This document shows positions 40,528-50,083 of a stretch of 64,000 nucleotides of DNA, piece after piece. The position numbers and the translations under genes were made by a program. Source of the DNA: an uncultured Chloroflexia bacterium (lineage in GTDB: Bacteria > Chloroflexota > Limnocylindria > QHBO01); assembly GCA_963771155.1 (NCBI GenBank), contig CAVYSK010000007.1, positions 249,404 to 313,403 of the forward strand, given 5' to 3'. Positions within the stretch are counted from its first letter, which is position 1; each line of letters opens with the position of its first letter. Under the pieces are notes generated by a model. The model was not told where the DNA came from, did not search any database, and saw only the letters and a program-made list of their open reading frames with translations.

Positions 40528-41358
40528 GGCTCCATCGTACGACTCGACCCGCTCCGCGTCACCGTCTGAGCGGTGCTCGACAAGCGGCGAGCCCGTAGCG
40601 ACGCTCGGTTCGGAATCCGAGTGCCCGGGCGATTGCGAGTGACGGCGCGTTCGCGGCATTGGCGCTTGCACCGCACCCGGTCGCCTCGGGCCTCGCAGGC
40701 GCGCGCGACCAGGCGGCTGACCAGCGCGCCGTAGCCACGGCGGCGGTGCTCGGTGCGAGTCACCACGCCCATCTCGAGCGCCCGTTCCGTGTCCGAGGCC
40801 CGGCGAGGCACTCGGCGACGCTCGTCGCCGAGCATCACCGCGAAGCCGATGCCCAGCTCCTCCATCGGTCCGTTGATCCGAAGGCAAGGAGGGTGTCCTC
40901 GTACCATCGACCCGCGGCAGCAGCGCGGCGTCGAGCCGAACCGTGGTCGCGCCGCCGGCGATTGGCGCGGACGGCAATCCCTCCTCGTCGTCAGGAGGAA
41001 CCCGAGTGCGGTGAAGTCGATCGCCTCGCCCTTCCAGTACGGCTCGCTTGGAACCACATCGATCATCGGGTCATCCGGGCCGGAGAAACCGAAGATCAGG
41101 TCGCCCGACTTCGTCTCAAGACCGAGCAAGCGTCGCCACGAGATCTTCCGACGAGACCGAGCCACCGGCGTATACCGTCCCGTCCGCATCCTCGATCACG
41201 AGCAGAGCGCCGGGGCGGTCCGGGTCGTCGACCCAGGCGTGTCCGGAGAGGACGCCCTCGAGCACGGCGACCGCGCGCGGCCTGGCGGGACCGCCGCTGG
41301 AAGGAGCCGCAAGAGATCTGCGCGCCACCTCGCCACGAGGCAGGTCAGTCGGCCGCAT
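40524..41358 (-). CDS. GNAT family acetyltransferase, disrupted by frameshifts
   Basis: Acetyl-CoA motif HRRRGYGALVSRLVARACEARG in ORF 40524..41189. N-terminal pieces (LVIEDADGTVYAGG; SEPYWKGEAIDFTALGFLL) are in two other frames (41116..41358). Confidence 0.4.
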
Positions 41359-41459
41359 CCGCTGATGCTAGCTGCGCCCACCTCGGGGGCTGCCCACGCG
41401 GGCGACCGGGGCGTGACGATGCGGAGCCTGCTGAGCGAACGACGGAGGATCCCGGACCG

Positions 41460-42851
41460 ATGCGCACGCTGATCAAGGGCGGAACAATCGTCAACGCCGA
41501 TGCCACTACCCCGGCCGACGTGCTGGTGGACGGCGAACGCATCGCGCTCATCGGCGAGTCGCTGGACGTCCAGGCCGATCGGACGATCGACGCCTCCGGA
41601 AGGTGGATCATCCCCGGCGCGATTGACGTCCACACCCACATGGAGCTGCCGTTCGGCGGAACGTTCGCCAAGGACACGTTCGAGTCCGGGACGCGAGCGG
41701 CGGCCTTCGGCGGCACGACGACGATCATCGACTTCGCTGTCCAGGGCAAGGGCCAGGCACTGCGCGAGGGGCTCGACGCGTGGCATGCCAAGGCCGAGGG
41801 TAATGCGACGATCGACTACGGCTTCCACATGATCATGTCGGACGTCACCGATGACACCCTCGCCGAGATGGACACTCTCGTCGACGAGGGGGTGACCGAC
41901 TTCAAGCTCTTCACCGCGTACCCCGGCGTCTTCTTCTCCGATGACGGCGCCATCTTCCGGGCCATGCAGCAGACGGCCAGGAACGGCGGCCTGATCCTCA
42001 TGCATGCCGAGAACGGGCTGGCGATTGACGTCGTCGCGGCCCAGAACTTCGACGCCGGCAACACCGATCCGTACTATCACGGCACCTCCCGCTCGCCGGT
42101 CCTCGAGGGCGAGGCAACAAACCGAGTGATCCGGCTCGCTCAGGTTGCCGGCGTTCCGGTCTACATCGTTCACCTCTCGGCTCGCGAGGCATTGGCCGAG
42201 GTGCGCCGAGCGCGCGACGAGGGCCTGCCGGCGTACGCCGAGACGTGTCCCCAGTACCTCTTCCTCAACCTGGAGCATCTCGGCAACGGCTTCGAGGGAG
42301 CGAAGTACATCTGCTCGCCGCCGCTGCGCCACTCGGACCATGCCGATGACCTCTGGAAGGGCCTCGCCAAGGACGACCTGCAGGTCGTCTCGACCGATCA
42401 CTGCCCGTTCGACTTCGAGGGCCAGAAGGACCTTGGTCAGGGAGACTTCCGCAAGGTCCCGAACGGCCTGCCAGGCGTCGAGGACCGGGTGAACCTCATG
42501 CACTCGGGCGGCGTCGTGGGCGGCCGCATGACGCCGAACAGATGGGTCGACGTGATCAGCTCCGCTCCCGCACGCATGTTCGGCCTGGGGGGCAGAAAGG
42601 GCGTCGTCGCCGTCGGCGCCGATGCGGACCTCGTCGTCTACGACCCGCAGGCTCGCCACACGATCAGCGCCGAAACGCACCACATGGACGTCGACTACTC
42701 GGTCTACGAGGGCCGCGAGGTCACGGGGAAGGCGGAGATCGTGCTCAGCCGGGGCAAGGTGATCGTCGACGGCGACGAGTGGCTGGGCGCGGCCGGCGAC
42801 GGCAAGTTCCTGAAGCGCGCCCCGACCGGGGCGGTGCTGGCCCGGAGCTGA
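41460..42851 (+). CDS. dihydropyrimidinase / D-hydantoinase
   Basis: MRTLIKGGTIVNAD...IPGAIDVHTHMELPF (metal-binding HxH)...TDFKLF (carboxylated Lys)...STDHCPF. 463 aa in frame with the stop of track ORF 40659..42851. Confidence 0.9.
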   Translation: MRTLIKGGTIVNADATTPADVLVDGERIALIGESLDVQADRTIDASGRWIIPGAIDVHTHMELPFGGTFAKDTFESGTRAAAFGGTTTIIDFAVQGKGQALREGLDAWHAKAEGNATIDYGFHMIMSDVTDDTLAEMDTLVDEGVTDFKLFTAYPGVFFSDDGAIFRAMQQTARNGGLILMHAENGLAIDVVAAQNFDAGNTDPYYHGTSRSPVLEGEATNRVIRLAQVAGVPVYIVHLSAREALAEVRRARDEGLPAYAETCPQYLFLNLEHLGNGFEGAKYICSPPLRHSDHADDLWKGLAKDDLQVVSTDHCPFDFEGQKDLGQGDFRKVPNGLPGVEDRVNLMHSGGVVGGRMTPNRWVDVISSAPARMFGLGGRKGVVAVGADADLVVYDPQARHTISAETHHMDVDYSVYEGREVTGKAEIVLSRGKVIVDGDEWLGAAGDGKFLKRAPTGAVLARS

Positions 42852-42906
42852 TCCGACGGCTAGACTGCTCGCGCCGAGCAATCCTGCCCATCCGGAGGTC
42901 CTCCCC

Positions 42907-43497
42907 GTGAACCGACGTCTCATCCTTGTCGCGCTGCTCGCCGTCCTCGTGGCCGCGTGCGGAACGGAGCAATCGAGCGAGTCCGAGCCGGTAGCCACGC
43001 CGGAGCCGACCCTCGAGGCGACGTCGGATGCGCCCGAGCCGACCGAGGAGCCCGCCGCGACCGAGGGCGACGGCGGCGAAACCGGGTCGCTCGACGACGT
43101 GATCCCGGACGACTTGAACGGCGTCGAGGGCACCGCGATTCCCGGGATGGATCAGATCCTGTCGGGGGCGCTCCAGGGACAGGGGATCGACGCCGGCGAC
43201 GCCGAGTTCGCGTTCGTGACGTACGGCGAGGGCGTCGATGCGACCGTGCTCAACGCCTTTCGCATTCCGGGCATGACCGAGGTGTCCCTGCAGCAGCTCG
43301 CCCAGCTGATGAGCGGCGTGGGAGGCCAGCAGGAGGTGGACGTCGAGACGCTGGACGTCGGGGGCAAGACGGTGCTCAGCTTCTCCGGCGGTGCGACCGA
43401 GGGGGTCGTGTACTTCTACGTCGCCGACGGCACGGCCTTCACCATCGCCGGCCAGAACGAGGGGCTGGTCGAGCAGCTGCTGTCCGAGCTTCCCTGA
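42907..43497 (+). CDS. lipoprotein of unknown function (paralog 1)
   Basis: Signal peptide plus lipobox MNRRLILVALLAVLVAAC, Pro/Glu/Thr-rich linker, and a conserved C-terminus ...GLVEQLLSELP. Confidence 0.65.
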   Translation: MNRRLILVALLAVLVAACGTEQSSESEPVATPEPTLEATSDAPEPTEEPAATEGDGGETGSLDDVIPDDLNGVEGTAIPGMDQILSGALQGQGIDAGDAEFAFVTYGEGVDATVLNAFRIPGMTEVSLQQLAQLMSGVGGQQEVDVETLDVGGKTVLSFSGGATEGVVYFYVADGTAFTIAGQNEGLVEQLLSELP

Positions 43498-43608
43498 CCG
43501 GCCCGAGGTCACGTCATCGGACGACACTTCCCGACCGGCGCTGTTTGGGCATCTCACGGGCGGGCGGGCTATCCTGCTCGGGCTGCCGCATAACCTGAGG
43601 TTCCCATC

Positions 43609-44253
43609 TTGAAGCGCTTTTCCCTCCTGCTCGTCGTGCTGACGGCCCTCCTCGTCGTCGCGTGCTCGAGCGAGGACCCATCGGCCGCACCTTCCGAGGC
43701 GCCGGCCACGGTCCAGCCCACCCCTGAGCCGACGCCCGAGGCCAGCGAGGAGCCCTTGGGCTCTGGGTTCGCGCTGCCGTCGCTGGGCGAGGGCGACCCC
43801 GAGCTCGCCGGACGGTTCCCCGACATGGTCGATGGCCAGCCGCTCCAGGTGCAGAGCATCAGTGGTGATGCCTTCGCCGCCATGGGCGGTACCGACCCGA
43901 CGTTCGAGGCGTTCCTCGAGTCCGTCGGCGCCGAGCTGTCGGACGTGTCGGTCGCCTTCGGCGGCGTGTCCAATCCGGCGGATCCGACCGCCATCCTCAG
44001 CGTGGGCGCATTCCGCGTGCTCGGCGCCTCCGAGGGCCTCCTGCAGGAGCAGTTCATCGGCGCCCTCGACGAGGGCGGCAGCAGCCCCGCCGAGTTCGAG
44101 GCAGCGACCGTCGCCGGCAAGGACGTGCTGACCGCGGCCGACCCGACGGGCACGACCGAGAACCAGGTCTTCATCTACACGCAGGACGACACCCTGTACT
44201 TCCTCACCGGAACCGAGGAGCAGGTCGCCGAGATCCTGGAGGCCCTCCCGTAG
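43609..44253 (+). CDS. lipoprotein of unknown function (paralog 2)
   Basis: MKRFSLLLVVLTALLVVAC lipobox. The domain layout matches paralog 1 and ends ...QVAEILEALP. Confidence 0.65.
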   Translation: MKRFSLLLVVLTALLVVACSSEDPSAAPSEAPATVQPTPEPTPEASEEPLGSGFALPSLGEGDPELAGRFPDMVDGQPLQVQSISGDAFAAMGGTDPTFEAFLESVGAELSDVSVAFGGVSNPADPTAILSVGAFRVLGASEGLLQEQFIGALDEGGSSPAEFEAATVAGKDVLTAADPTGTTENQVFIYTQDDTLYFLTGTEEQVAEILEALP

Positions 44254-44312
44254 ACCGCGCACGCGCTGCCGTCTTCCTGAACCGGGGGGCGGGCACCGCG
44301 CGGACCGACCGG

Positions 44313-45134
44313 GTGGATCGCGCCGTTGAGCTGGCGCGAGCCGCGCTGGACGCGGACATCCACGTCGCCGACACCCGCGACCCGACCGAGCTGGCCGACT
44401 TCCTGTCCGAGCGGATCGGCGAGTACGACACGGCGATCGTCGTCGGCGGGGACGGGTCGCTCGGCGTCGGCTACAACGTCATCGCCGGGCTTAGCGACGG
44501 CCCCGCGCTGGGGTACATCCCGGCCGGGTTCGGCAACGCCAGCGCGCACCTCCTGCGCCTGCCGCGCGATCCCGAGGCCCTGGCCGATGTCCTGCGAGCC
44601 GGGGACGCGCGACCAGTCGACCTGGTGCGCGTCGGGGGACGGCTGGCGCTCTTCGTCGGTGCGGGCTGGGACGCGCTGGTGGCCGGACGATATGCGGCGG
44701 CCGGTGCGCGCCGGCTGCCGGGTTGGGCGGTCGCCGTGGCTCGCTCGGTCCCCGACCTGTGGCGACGCCCTGCGGTCGAGGTGCGCGCCGACGACTGGGT
44801 CGTCCATCGGGGCCCGATGGAGATGCTCGTGGCCGGCACGACCCCGTTCTACGGACGCGGTCTGGTAGTGAACCCGGGCGCTCGACCGGACGCCGGCGCG
44901 CTGTCGCTGCGCGTCTACCCCGGGCCGGCCCCCCGGCTCGGGATCGAGGCCGGTCGCTGGGCGCTGGGCATGGCGCCGCACGCGCCCCGCATCGCCGCCC
45001 GCCGCGTCGAGATCCGCACGACCGATGGTACGGAGCTTCCGCTGCAGGCCGACGGCGACCTCATCGGCACCCGGCCCGACTGGACGTTCGAGATCGAGCC
45101 GGCCGCGGTGCGCGTCATCGGTCGTTGGGACTGA
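44313..45134 (+). CDS. diacylglycerol/lipid kinase catalytic-domain protein (DAGK_cat, YegS-like)
   Basis: TAIVVGGDGSLGVGYNV (GGDG motif), GYIPAGFGNASAH. Confidence 0.7.
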   Translation: MDRAVELARAALDADIHVADTRDPTELADFLSERIGEYDTAIVVGGDGSLGVGYNVIAGLSDGPALGYIPAGFGNASAHLLRLPRDPEALADVLRAGDARPVDLVRVGGRLALFVGAGWDALVAGRYAAAGARRLPGWAVAVARSVPDLWRRPAVEVRADDWVVHRGPMEMLVAGTTPFYGRGLVVNPGARPDAGALSLRVYPGPAPRLGIEAGRWALGMAPHAPRIAARRVEIRTTDGTELPLQADGDLIGTRPDWTFEIEPAAVRVIGRWD

Positions 45135-46245
45135 ACCTCCGCACGGCATCGAGCGCCGCGAAGGCGGCGCGCCGCAGGCGCTGCGGTCCGGAGCCATGGA
45201 TCCGCAGCTCGTTCATCGGCATCGAGACGGATCCGCTGAGCGCGACGCGAACGCGGCTGCGGCCATTTGCGTCCTGCGGGAGCAGCGAGAGCTGGATCAC
45301 GACGTCCGCCACGGGGGGTCCGGACGGCGTGCCCGCGTCGAGCACGCCGCCGACGTATCCCGCCGCTCCGTCGGCCGCAGGGGAGGCAGCCAATACCGCG
45401 AGCAGGGCGCCGGCGGTGTCCGCCTCCCAGGTCGCGACCGTCGAGGCGCCCAGCGCGCCAAGCCGGGTCAGTGCCGCGGAGGCCAGATCATCCCCATCGG
45501 TGCCGTAGGCGGCCTCGCCCAGGAGCTCCACCGAGCGGTCGACCAGCGGGTCCAGTGTCGTCGGATCGCCGCGTGTCGAGAAGCGCACGTGGACACCGTC
45601 GTCGCGGGCATAGATGCCGGCCTCGACCGTTGCCGGCGGCTCGGTGAGCAGCGCCCCCAGCCGCTCCGCCATGGCCGACTCGCCGATGCCGAAGGCCTTC
45701 ACCGTGCGGATCGCCAGCGGAGGTAGGGCGAAGCGCGCCTCGAGGCGGGGGCGGACCTGGTCGGCCCACATCCGGCGCATCTCCGACGGAACGCCTGGCA
45801 TGAGCACGACGGCTACGCCGTCCCGATCGACCCACCAGCCGGGTGCCGAGCCGATCGGGTTGGCCAGGATCTCAGCGGACCCGATCCGCATCGCCTGCCG
45901 GCGGTTGGCGACCGGCATCGGTCCGTAGGCGGCAAACCGCTCCTCCAGGACGGCGACCAGCGCAGGGTCCTCCGCCAGCTCCTCGCCGAGCGCATCGGCG
46001 AGGCCCTCGCGCGACAGGTCGTCGTGGGTCGGGCCAAGGCCTCCGGTGGCGAGCACGACTTCGGAACGCTCACGAGCCAGGGCGAAGGCATCGTGGAGCG
46101 CGCCACGGTCATCGGGAAGCATGCGAATGGAGCCAAGCGGCAGGCCGATCTGCGCCATCTCGCCACCCAGGAAGGCCGCGTTGGTGTCGACCGTCTCACC
46201 CAGCAGCAGCTCGGCGCCGATCGAGAGCAGCTCCGCGTTCGCCAT
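45115..46245 (-). CDS. cinA: CinA family protein (MoCF-binding domain plus nicotinamide-nucleotide amidase domain)
   Basis: MANAELLSIGAELLLGETVDTNAAFLG...VVLATGGLGPTHDD. Confidence 0.85.
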   Translation of the reverse strand: MANAELLSIGAELLLGETVDTNAAFLGGEMAQIGLPLGSIRMLPDDRGALHDAFALARERSEVVLATGGLGPTHDDLSREGLADALGEELAEDPALVAVLEERFAAYGPMPVANRRQAMRIGSAEILANPIGSAPGWWVDRDGVAVVLMPGVPSEMRRMWADQVRPRLEARFALPPLAIRTVKAFGIGESAMAERLGALLTEPPATVEAGIYARDDGVHVRFSTRGDPTTLDPLVDRSVELLGEAAYGTDGDDLASAALTRLGALGASTVATWEADTAGALLAVLAASPAADGAAGYVGGVLDAGTPSGPPVADVVIQLSLLPQDANGRSRVRVALSGSVSMPMNELRIHGSGPQRLRRAAFAALDAVRRFSPNDR

Positions 46246-46340
46246 CGGTCAGGAGTCTAGGGCTACACTGGATTTCAGAGCGCCATCCATGCGCCGATGC
46301 CGACGATTGGCATACGTCCTGCCCACTCCGGAGGACATCC

Positions 46341-46757
46341 GTGACCGATCCTGCCCTGACCGTCGAGCCCGTCCTCACCGACGACCTGCGTGACTGGCTG
46401 ATGGCCAAGCTTCGCTACCCCGTGCTGGCCGTCCTGACTCCCGATGGCGCGCCCAACCAGTCGGTGATGTGGTTCGACATCGATCCCGACCACCCGGACA
46501 CGATCCTGATGAACACGAAGGTCGGTCGGGCCAAGGAGCGGTTCCTGCGCCGAGACCCGCGCGTCAGCCTCTGTTTCGAGGAGGAGCTGACCTGGGTCGC
46601 GCTCCAGGGGACCGTCGACCTCGACGAGGATCGCGAGGCGTCGATGCGCGACATCCTCGCCCTGGCCGAGCGCTACCGGTCGACGGCCCGGGAGTTCGGC
46701 GGCCAGCAGCGGGTCACGATCCGCATGAAGGTCGAGAAGGTGATTCGCCACGACTGA
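46341..46757 (+). CDS. PPOX class F420-dependent / pyridoxamine-5'-phosphate-oxidase-like protein
   Basis: A 138-aa split-barrel pattern (YPVLAVLTPDGAPNQSVMWFDIDPD...RVSLCFEE...) with a GTG start. Confidence 0.6.
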   Translation: MTDPALTVEPVLTDDLRDWLMAKLRYPVLAVLTPDGAPNQSVMWFDIDPDHPDTILMNTKVGRAKERFLRRDPRVSLCFEEELTWVALQGTVDLDEDREASMRDILALAERYRSTAREFGGQQRVTIRMKVEKVIRHD

Positions 46758-46773
46758 ACCGGCCGCCTAGGGT

Positions 46774-46790
46774 CGTATATACGGTATATA
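46774..46790. promoter_or_regulatory. AT-rich near-palindromic 17-mer GTATATACGGTATATAC, copy 1, 21 nt upstream of the LLM TTG start
   Basis: Seen directly. An identical copy lies at 51947..51963. Confidence 0.55.
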
Positions 46791-46811
46791 CCGCGAGCTA
46801 GGAGCTGAAGT

Positions 46812-47751
46812 TTGACTGAGCCGATCAAGCTGGGGGCCAACTCCTGGAACCAGTACGCCGACTGGGCGGCGCTTCGGGAAGCCGGCATCCGGCACGACCG
46901 GCTCGGCTTCGACTCGATCTGGACGTGGGACCACCTGTACCCGATCGTCGGCTCCCACGAGGGGCCGATCTTCGAGGGCTGGCTGACGCTGGCGGCCTGG
47001 GCCGAGCGGACGGAGCGCGCGACGATCGGCCTGATGGTCGGGGCCAACACGTTCCGTAATCCGGCGCTCGTGGCGAAGATGGCCACAACCCTCGATCACA
47101 TCAGCGGGGGCCGCGCGGTCCTCGGCATCGGCGGCGCCTGGTTCGAGACCGAGCACCGCGCCTACGGGCTCGAGTTCGGTGGGTCTCCCGGAGAGCGGCT
47201 GCGCTGGCTCGAGGAGGCGGTGCACATCATGCGCGGCATGCTCCACGGAGAGCGGCCGTCGGGCTCGCGCTACTACACCGCCCATCAGATCCGGAACGAC
47301 CCGCCGCCGGTCCAGGAGCGGCTGCCGATCCTCATCGGCGGGGGAGGCGAGCAGAAGACGCTGCGGATCGTGGCCCGCTACGCCGATGCCTGCAACGTCG
47401 GCGGCGGCTTCGAGACCGTAAAGCGCAAGGACGAGATCCTGCGCCGCCACTGCGAGGAGGTCGGCCGCGACGAGTCGGAGATCGAGCGGACGGTCGGCAT
47501 GGGCATGTGCATCATCCGCGACGATCCCGCCGAGGCCGAACGGGTTGCGAACGCGACCTTCGAGCACAACGGCAAGGCCGACCCGTGGAGGAACCAGCTG
47601 GTCGGCACGCCCGAGCAGGTCGCTGGAGGCCATGCGGCCGTTCCTCGGCATCGGGTTCCGGCACTTCATCATCGGCTTCCCGTCGCCGTACGACGAGGAG
47701 TCGGCTGAGCGGCTAATTCGCGAGGTCAAGCCGGAGCTCGAGCGCGGCTGA
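46812..47751 (+). CDS. LLM class F420-dependent oxidoreductase (frameshift near 47620)
   Basis: MTEPIKLGANSW...TIGLMVGANTFRNPALVAKMATTLDHISGGRAVLGIGG. The C-terminus (MRPFLGIGFRHFIIGFPSPYDEESAERLIREV) is in the frame of ORF 47545..47751. Confidence 0.7.
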
Positions 47752-47778
47752 CGGCGCGCCGCACGGTACGCTGCGGCC

Positions 47779-48690
47779 ATGAAGGTCACGCTCCTCGCCG
47801 GCGGCACGGGCGGGACGAAGCTGGCGCACGGCTTCGCGATGCTCGACGAGGTCGAGCTCACCGTGATCGCCAACGTCGGTGACGACGTCGAGATCCACGG
47901 GCACCTCGTCTGCCCCGATGTCGACGCGCTGACCTACACCCTCGCCGGCCTGCTCGACACGGAGCAGGGCTGGGGGATCCGCGGCGACACGCACACCGCC
48001 CACGCGATGTTCGAGCGGCTCGGTGAGCCGGCCTGGTTCCGCATCGGCGACGCCGACCTCGCGACTCACGCGTACCGCGGGCGTCTTCTGCGTGACGGCG
48101 TCAGCCTGACCGATGCGGTCGCCTCGACGACCACGGCGCTCGGCATCGGCCCCCGGATCCTGCCCGCCACGGACGACCGCTGGCGGACCATGCTCGACAC
48201 CGACGAGGGGTCGCTGGAGTTCCAGGACTACTTCGTGCGGCGGCGGCAGGAGCCCGAGGTCCGTGCCGTGCGATTCGACGGCGATGCGCGTCCGTCGTCT
48301 GCGGTGCTCGCAGCGATCGCGGATGCGGATCTGGTCGTCATCGGTCCATCGAACCCGATCGTCAGCATCGGGCCTATCCTGGCGCTGCCCGGGATCAGTG
48401 AGGCTGTCCGCGCTCATCGCTCCACCGTCGCGGTGAGCCCGATCATCGAGGGCCGCGCCCTGAAGGGACCGGCCGACCGGATGCTGACCAGCCTGGGGCA
48501 CGAGTCGTCAGCAGCCGGTGTGGCGCGAATCTACGCCGGCCTCGTCCGGCGTCTCGTGATCGACCAGGCGGATGCGGGGCTGGCCAGCGGGATCGAGGCG
48601 GAGACCGGCCTGGCGGTCGCGGCGCTGCCGACGGTCATGCGGACCGACGACGATCGCCGCACGCTCGCCGAGGCGCTGACCCGAGGCTGA
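47779..48690 (+). CDS. cofD: 2-phospho-L-lactate transferase CofD (F420 biosynthesis)
   Basis: MKVTLLAGGTGGTKLAHG...VVIGPSNPIVSIGPIL. Confidence 0.85.
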   Translation: MKVTLLAGGTGGTKLAHGFAMLDEVELTVIANVGDDVEIHGHLVCPDVDALTYTLAGLLDTEQGWGIRGDTHTAHAMFERLGEPAWFRIGDADLATHAYRGRLLRDGVSLTDAVASTTTALGIGPRILPATDDRWRTMLDTDEGSLEFQDYFVRRRQEPEVRAVRFDGDARPSSAVLAAIADADLVVIGPSNPIVSIGPILALPGISEAVRAHRSTVAVSPIIEGRALKGPADRMLTSLGHESSAAGVARIYAGLVRRLVIDQADAGLASGIEAETGLAVAALPTVMRTDDDRRTLAEALTRG

Positions 48691-49319
48691 TGCCCGCGCT
48701 GCGATATGCTGCCCGGGTGTCGACCCGGATCATCGTTCCGCACCGCGGGCTGGAGGCGGCGAAGACCCGACTCGCCCCCAGCCTCGATCCCGAGGAGCGG
48801 ATCATGCTCGCCAGCCAGCTCCTCCAGCGGGTGCTTGCGGTGGCGCACGAGGTGAGCCACGACGTTGTGGTGATCTCGCCGTCGCGGCCGCTGGCGGAGA
48901 TCGTCGAGGCCTCCGGCGCGCGCCTGGAGGTGCAGCGCGGCATGGGCCTCAACGAGGGTCTCGACCAGGCCCGCTCCCAGGCGCTGCTCGACGGCACCGA
49001 GACGCTCGTGGTGCTGCATGGCGATCTGCCAAACCTGCGTGCTGCCGACGTCGAGACGCTGATGGGTGCGCTCCCCTCGAATGGCGGTCCGGGCGTGGCG
49101 ATCGGCCCCGATCGCGCGGGCACCGGCACGAATGCCCTGGCCCTCCGGCCGCCCGGCGTGATCGGGTTCAGGTTCGGGGTCGGCTCGTTCGCCGCCCACG
49201 CGGCCGAGGTCGAACGGGCCGGCGTGTCCTGCGTGGCAGTGGACCGCGCCGGCCTGGCGTTCGACCTCGACACCCCCGCCGACCTCGCGCGCTGGTTGGA
49301 GCTCGGGGACGCAGCGTGA
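48690..49319 (+). CDS. cofC: 2-phospho-L-lactate (phosphoenolpyruvate) guanylyltransferase CofC/FbiD
   Basis: RIIVPHRGLEAAKTRL...GTGTNAL. ATG overlaps the cofD stop. Confidence 0.75.
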   Translation: MPALRYAARVSTRIIVPHRGLEAAKTRLAPSLDPEERIMLASQLLQRVLAVAHEVSHDVVVISPSRPLAEIVEASGARLEVQRGMGLNEGLDQARSQALLDGTETLVVLHGDLPNLRAADVETLMGALPSNGGPGVAIGPDRAGTGTNALALRPPGVIGFRFGVGSFAAHAAEVERAGVSCVAVDRAGLAFDLDTPADLARWLELGDAA

Positions 49320-50074
49320 GCTCGCGCATCGAGCTCATCGGCCTAGACGGCATCGGCGAGATCCAGCCCGGCGACGATCTGGCCGCCACCGTCGCGGCGG
49401 CGGCAGCCGCCGGCGAGGTCGTCCTGACCGATGCGGACGTCGTGGTCGTCACGCAGAAGGTGGTGTCCAAGGCCGAGGGTCGCCTGGTCGACCTCGCAAC
49501 GGTCGAGCCATCGGCGCTGGCCCGCGACTGGGCGGAGCGCTGGGGGAAGGACGCGCGCCAGGTCGAGCTGGTGCTGCGCGAGTCCGCCGCGATCGTGCGC
49601 ATGGCCACCGGCGGCCTGATCATCAGCCGCACTCGGCACGGCCTGGTGTGCGCGAACGCCGGCGTGGACGTCAGCAACGTCGGCGGTGGCGACGTGGCGT
49701 CATTGCTGCCTGAGGATCCCGATGGGTCGGCCCGCGGCATTCGCGAGGGCCTGAGGGCGCGAACCGCCGTGGCGCCCGCGGTCGTCATCAGCGACTCGTT
49801 CGGGCGGGCATGGCGCAACGGGATCGTGAACGTTGCGATCGGATCCGCAGGCATCGAGGCCCTGGTCGACCTGCGCGGCGAACCCGATGTCTCCGGTCGC
49901 CCGATGCGCGCCACGATCATCGCGGTCGCCGACGAGCTCGCGTCTGCCGCCGATCTCGCGGGCGGCAAGGTTGACCAGCGTCCGGTGGTCGTGGTGCGCG
50001 GGTACGAGTGGCGTCCCTCGCCGCAGGGCGCATCGGTGTTGGTCATGGAGGCCGAGCGGGACCTGTTCCCGTAG
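49316..50074 (+). CDS. cofE: coenzyme F420-0:L-glutamate ligase CofE
   Basis: IELIGLDGIGEIQPGDDLA...VVVTQKVVSKAEGR...GLVCANAGVD. GTG overlaps the cofC stop. Confidence 0.8.
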   Translation: MSSRIELIGLDGIGEIQPGDDLAATVAAAAAAGEVVLTDADVVVVTQKVVSKAEGRLVDLATVEPSALARDWAERWGKDARQVELVLRESAAIVRMATGGLIISRTRHGLVCANAGVDVSNVGGGDVASLLPEDPDGSARGIREGLRARTAVAPAVVISDSFGRAWRNGIVNVAIGSAGIEALVDLRGEPDVSGRPMRATIIAVADELASAADLAGGKVDQRPVVVVRGYEWRPSPQGASVLVMEAERDLFP

Positions 50075-50083
50075 GCAGGCGGC

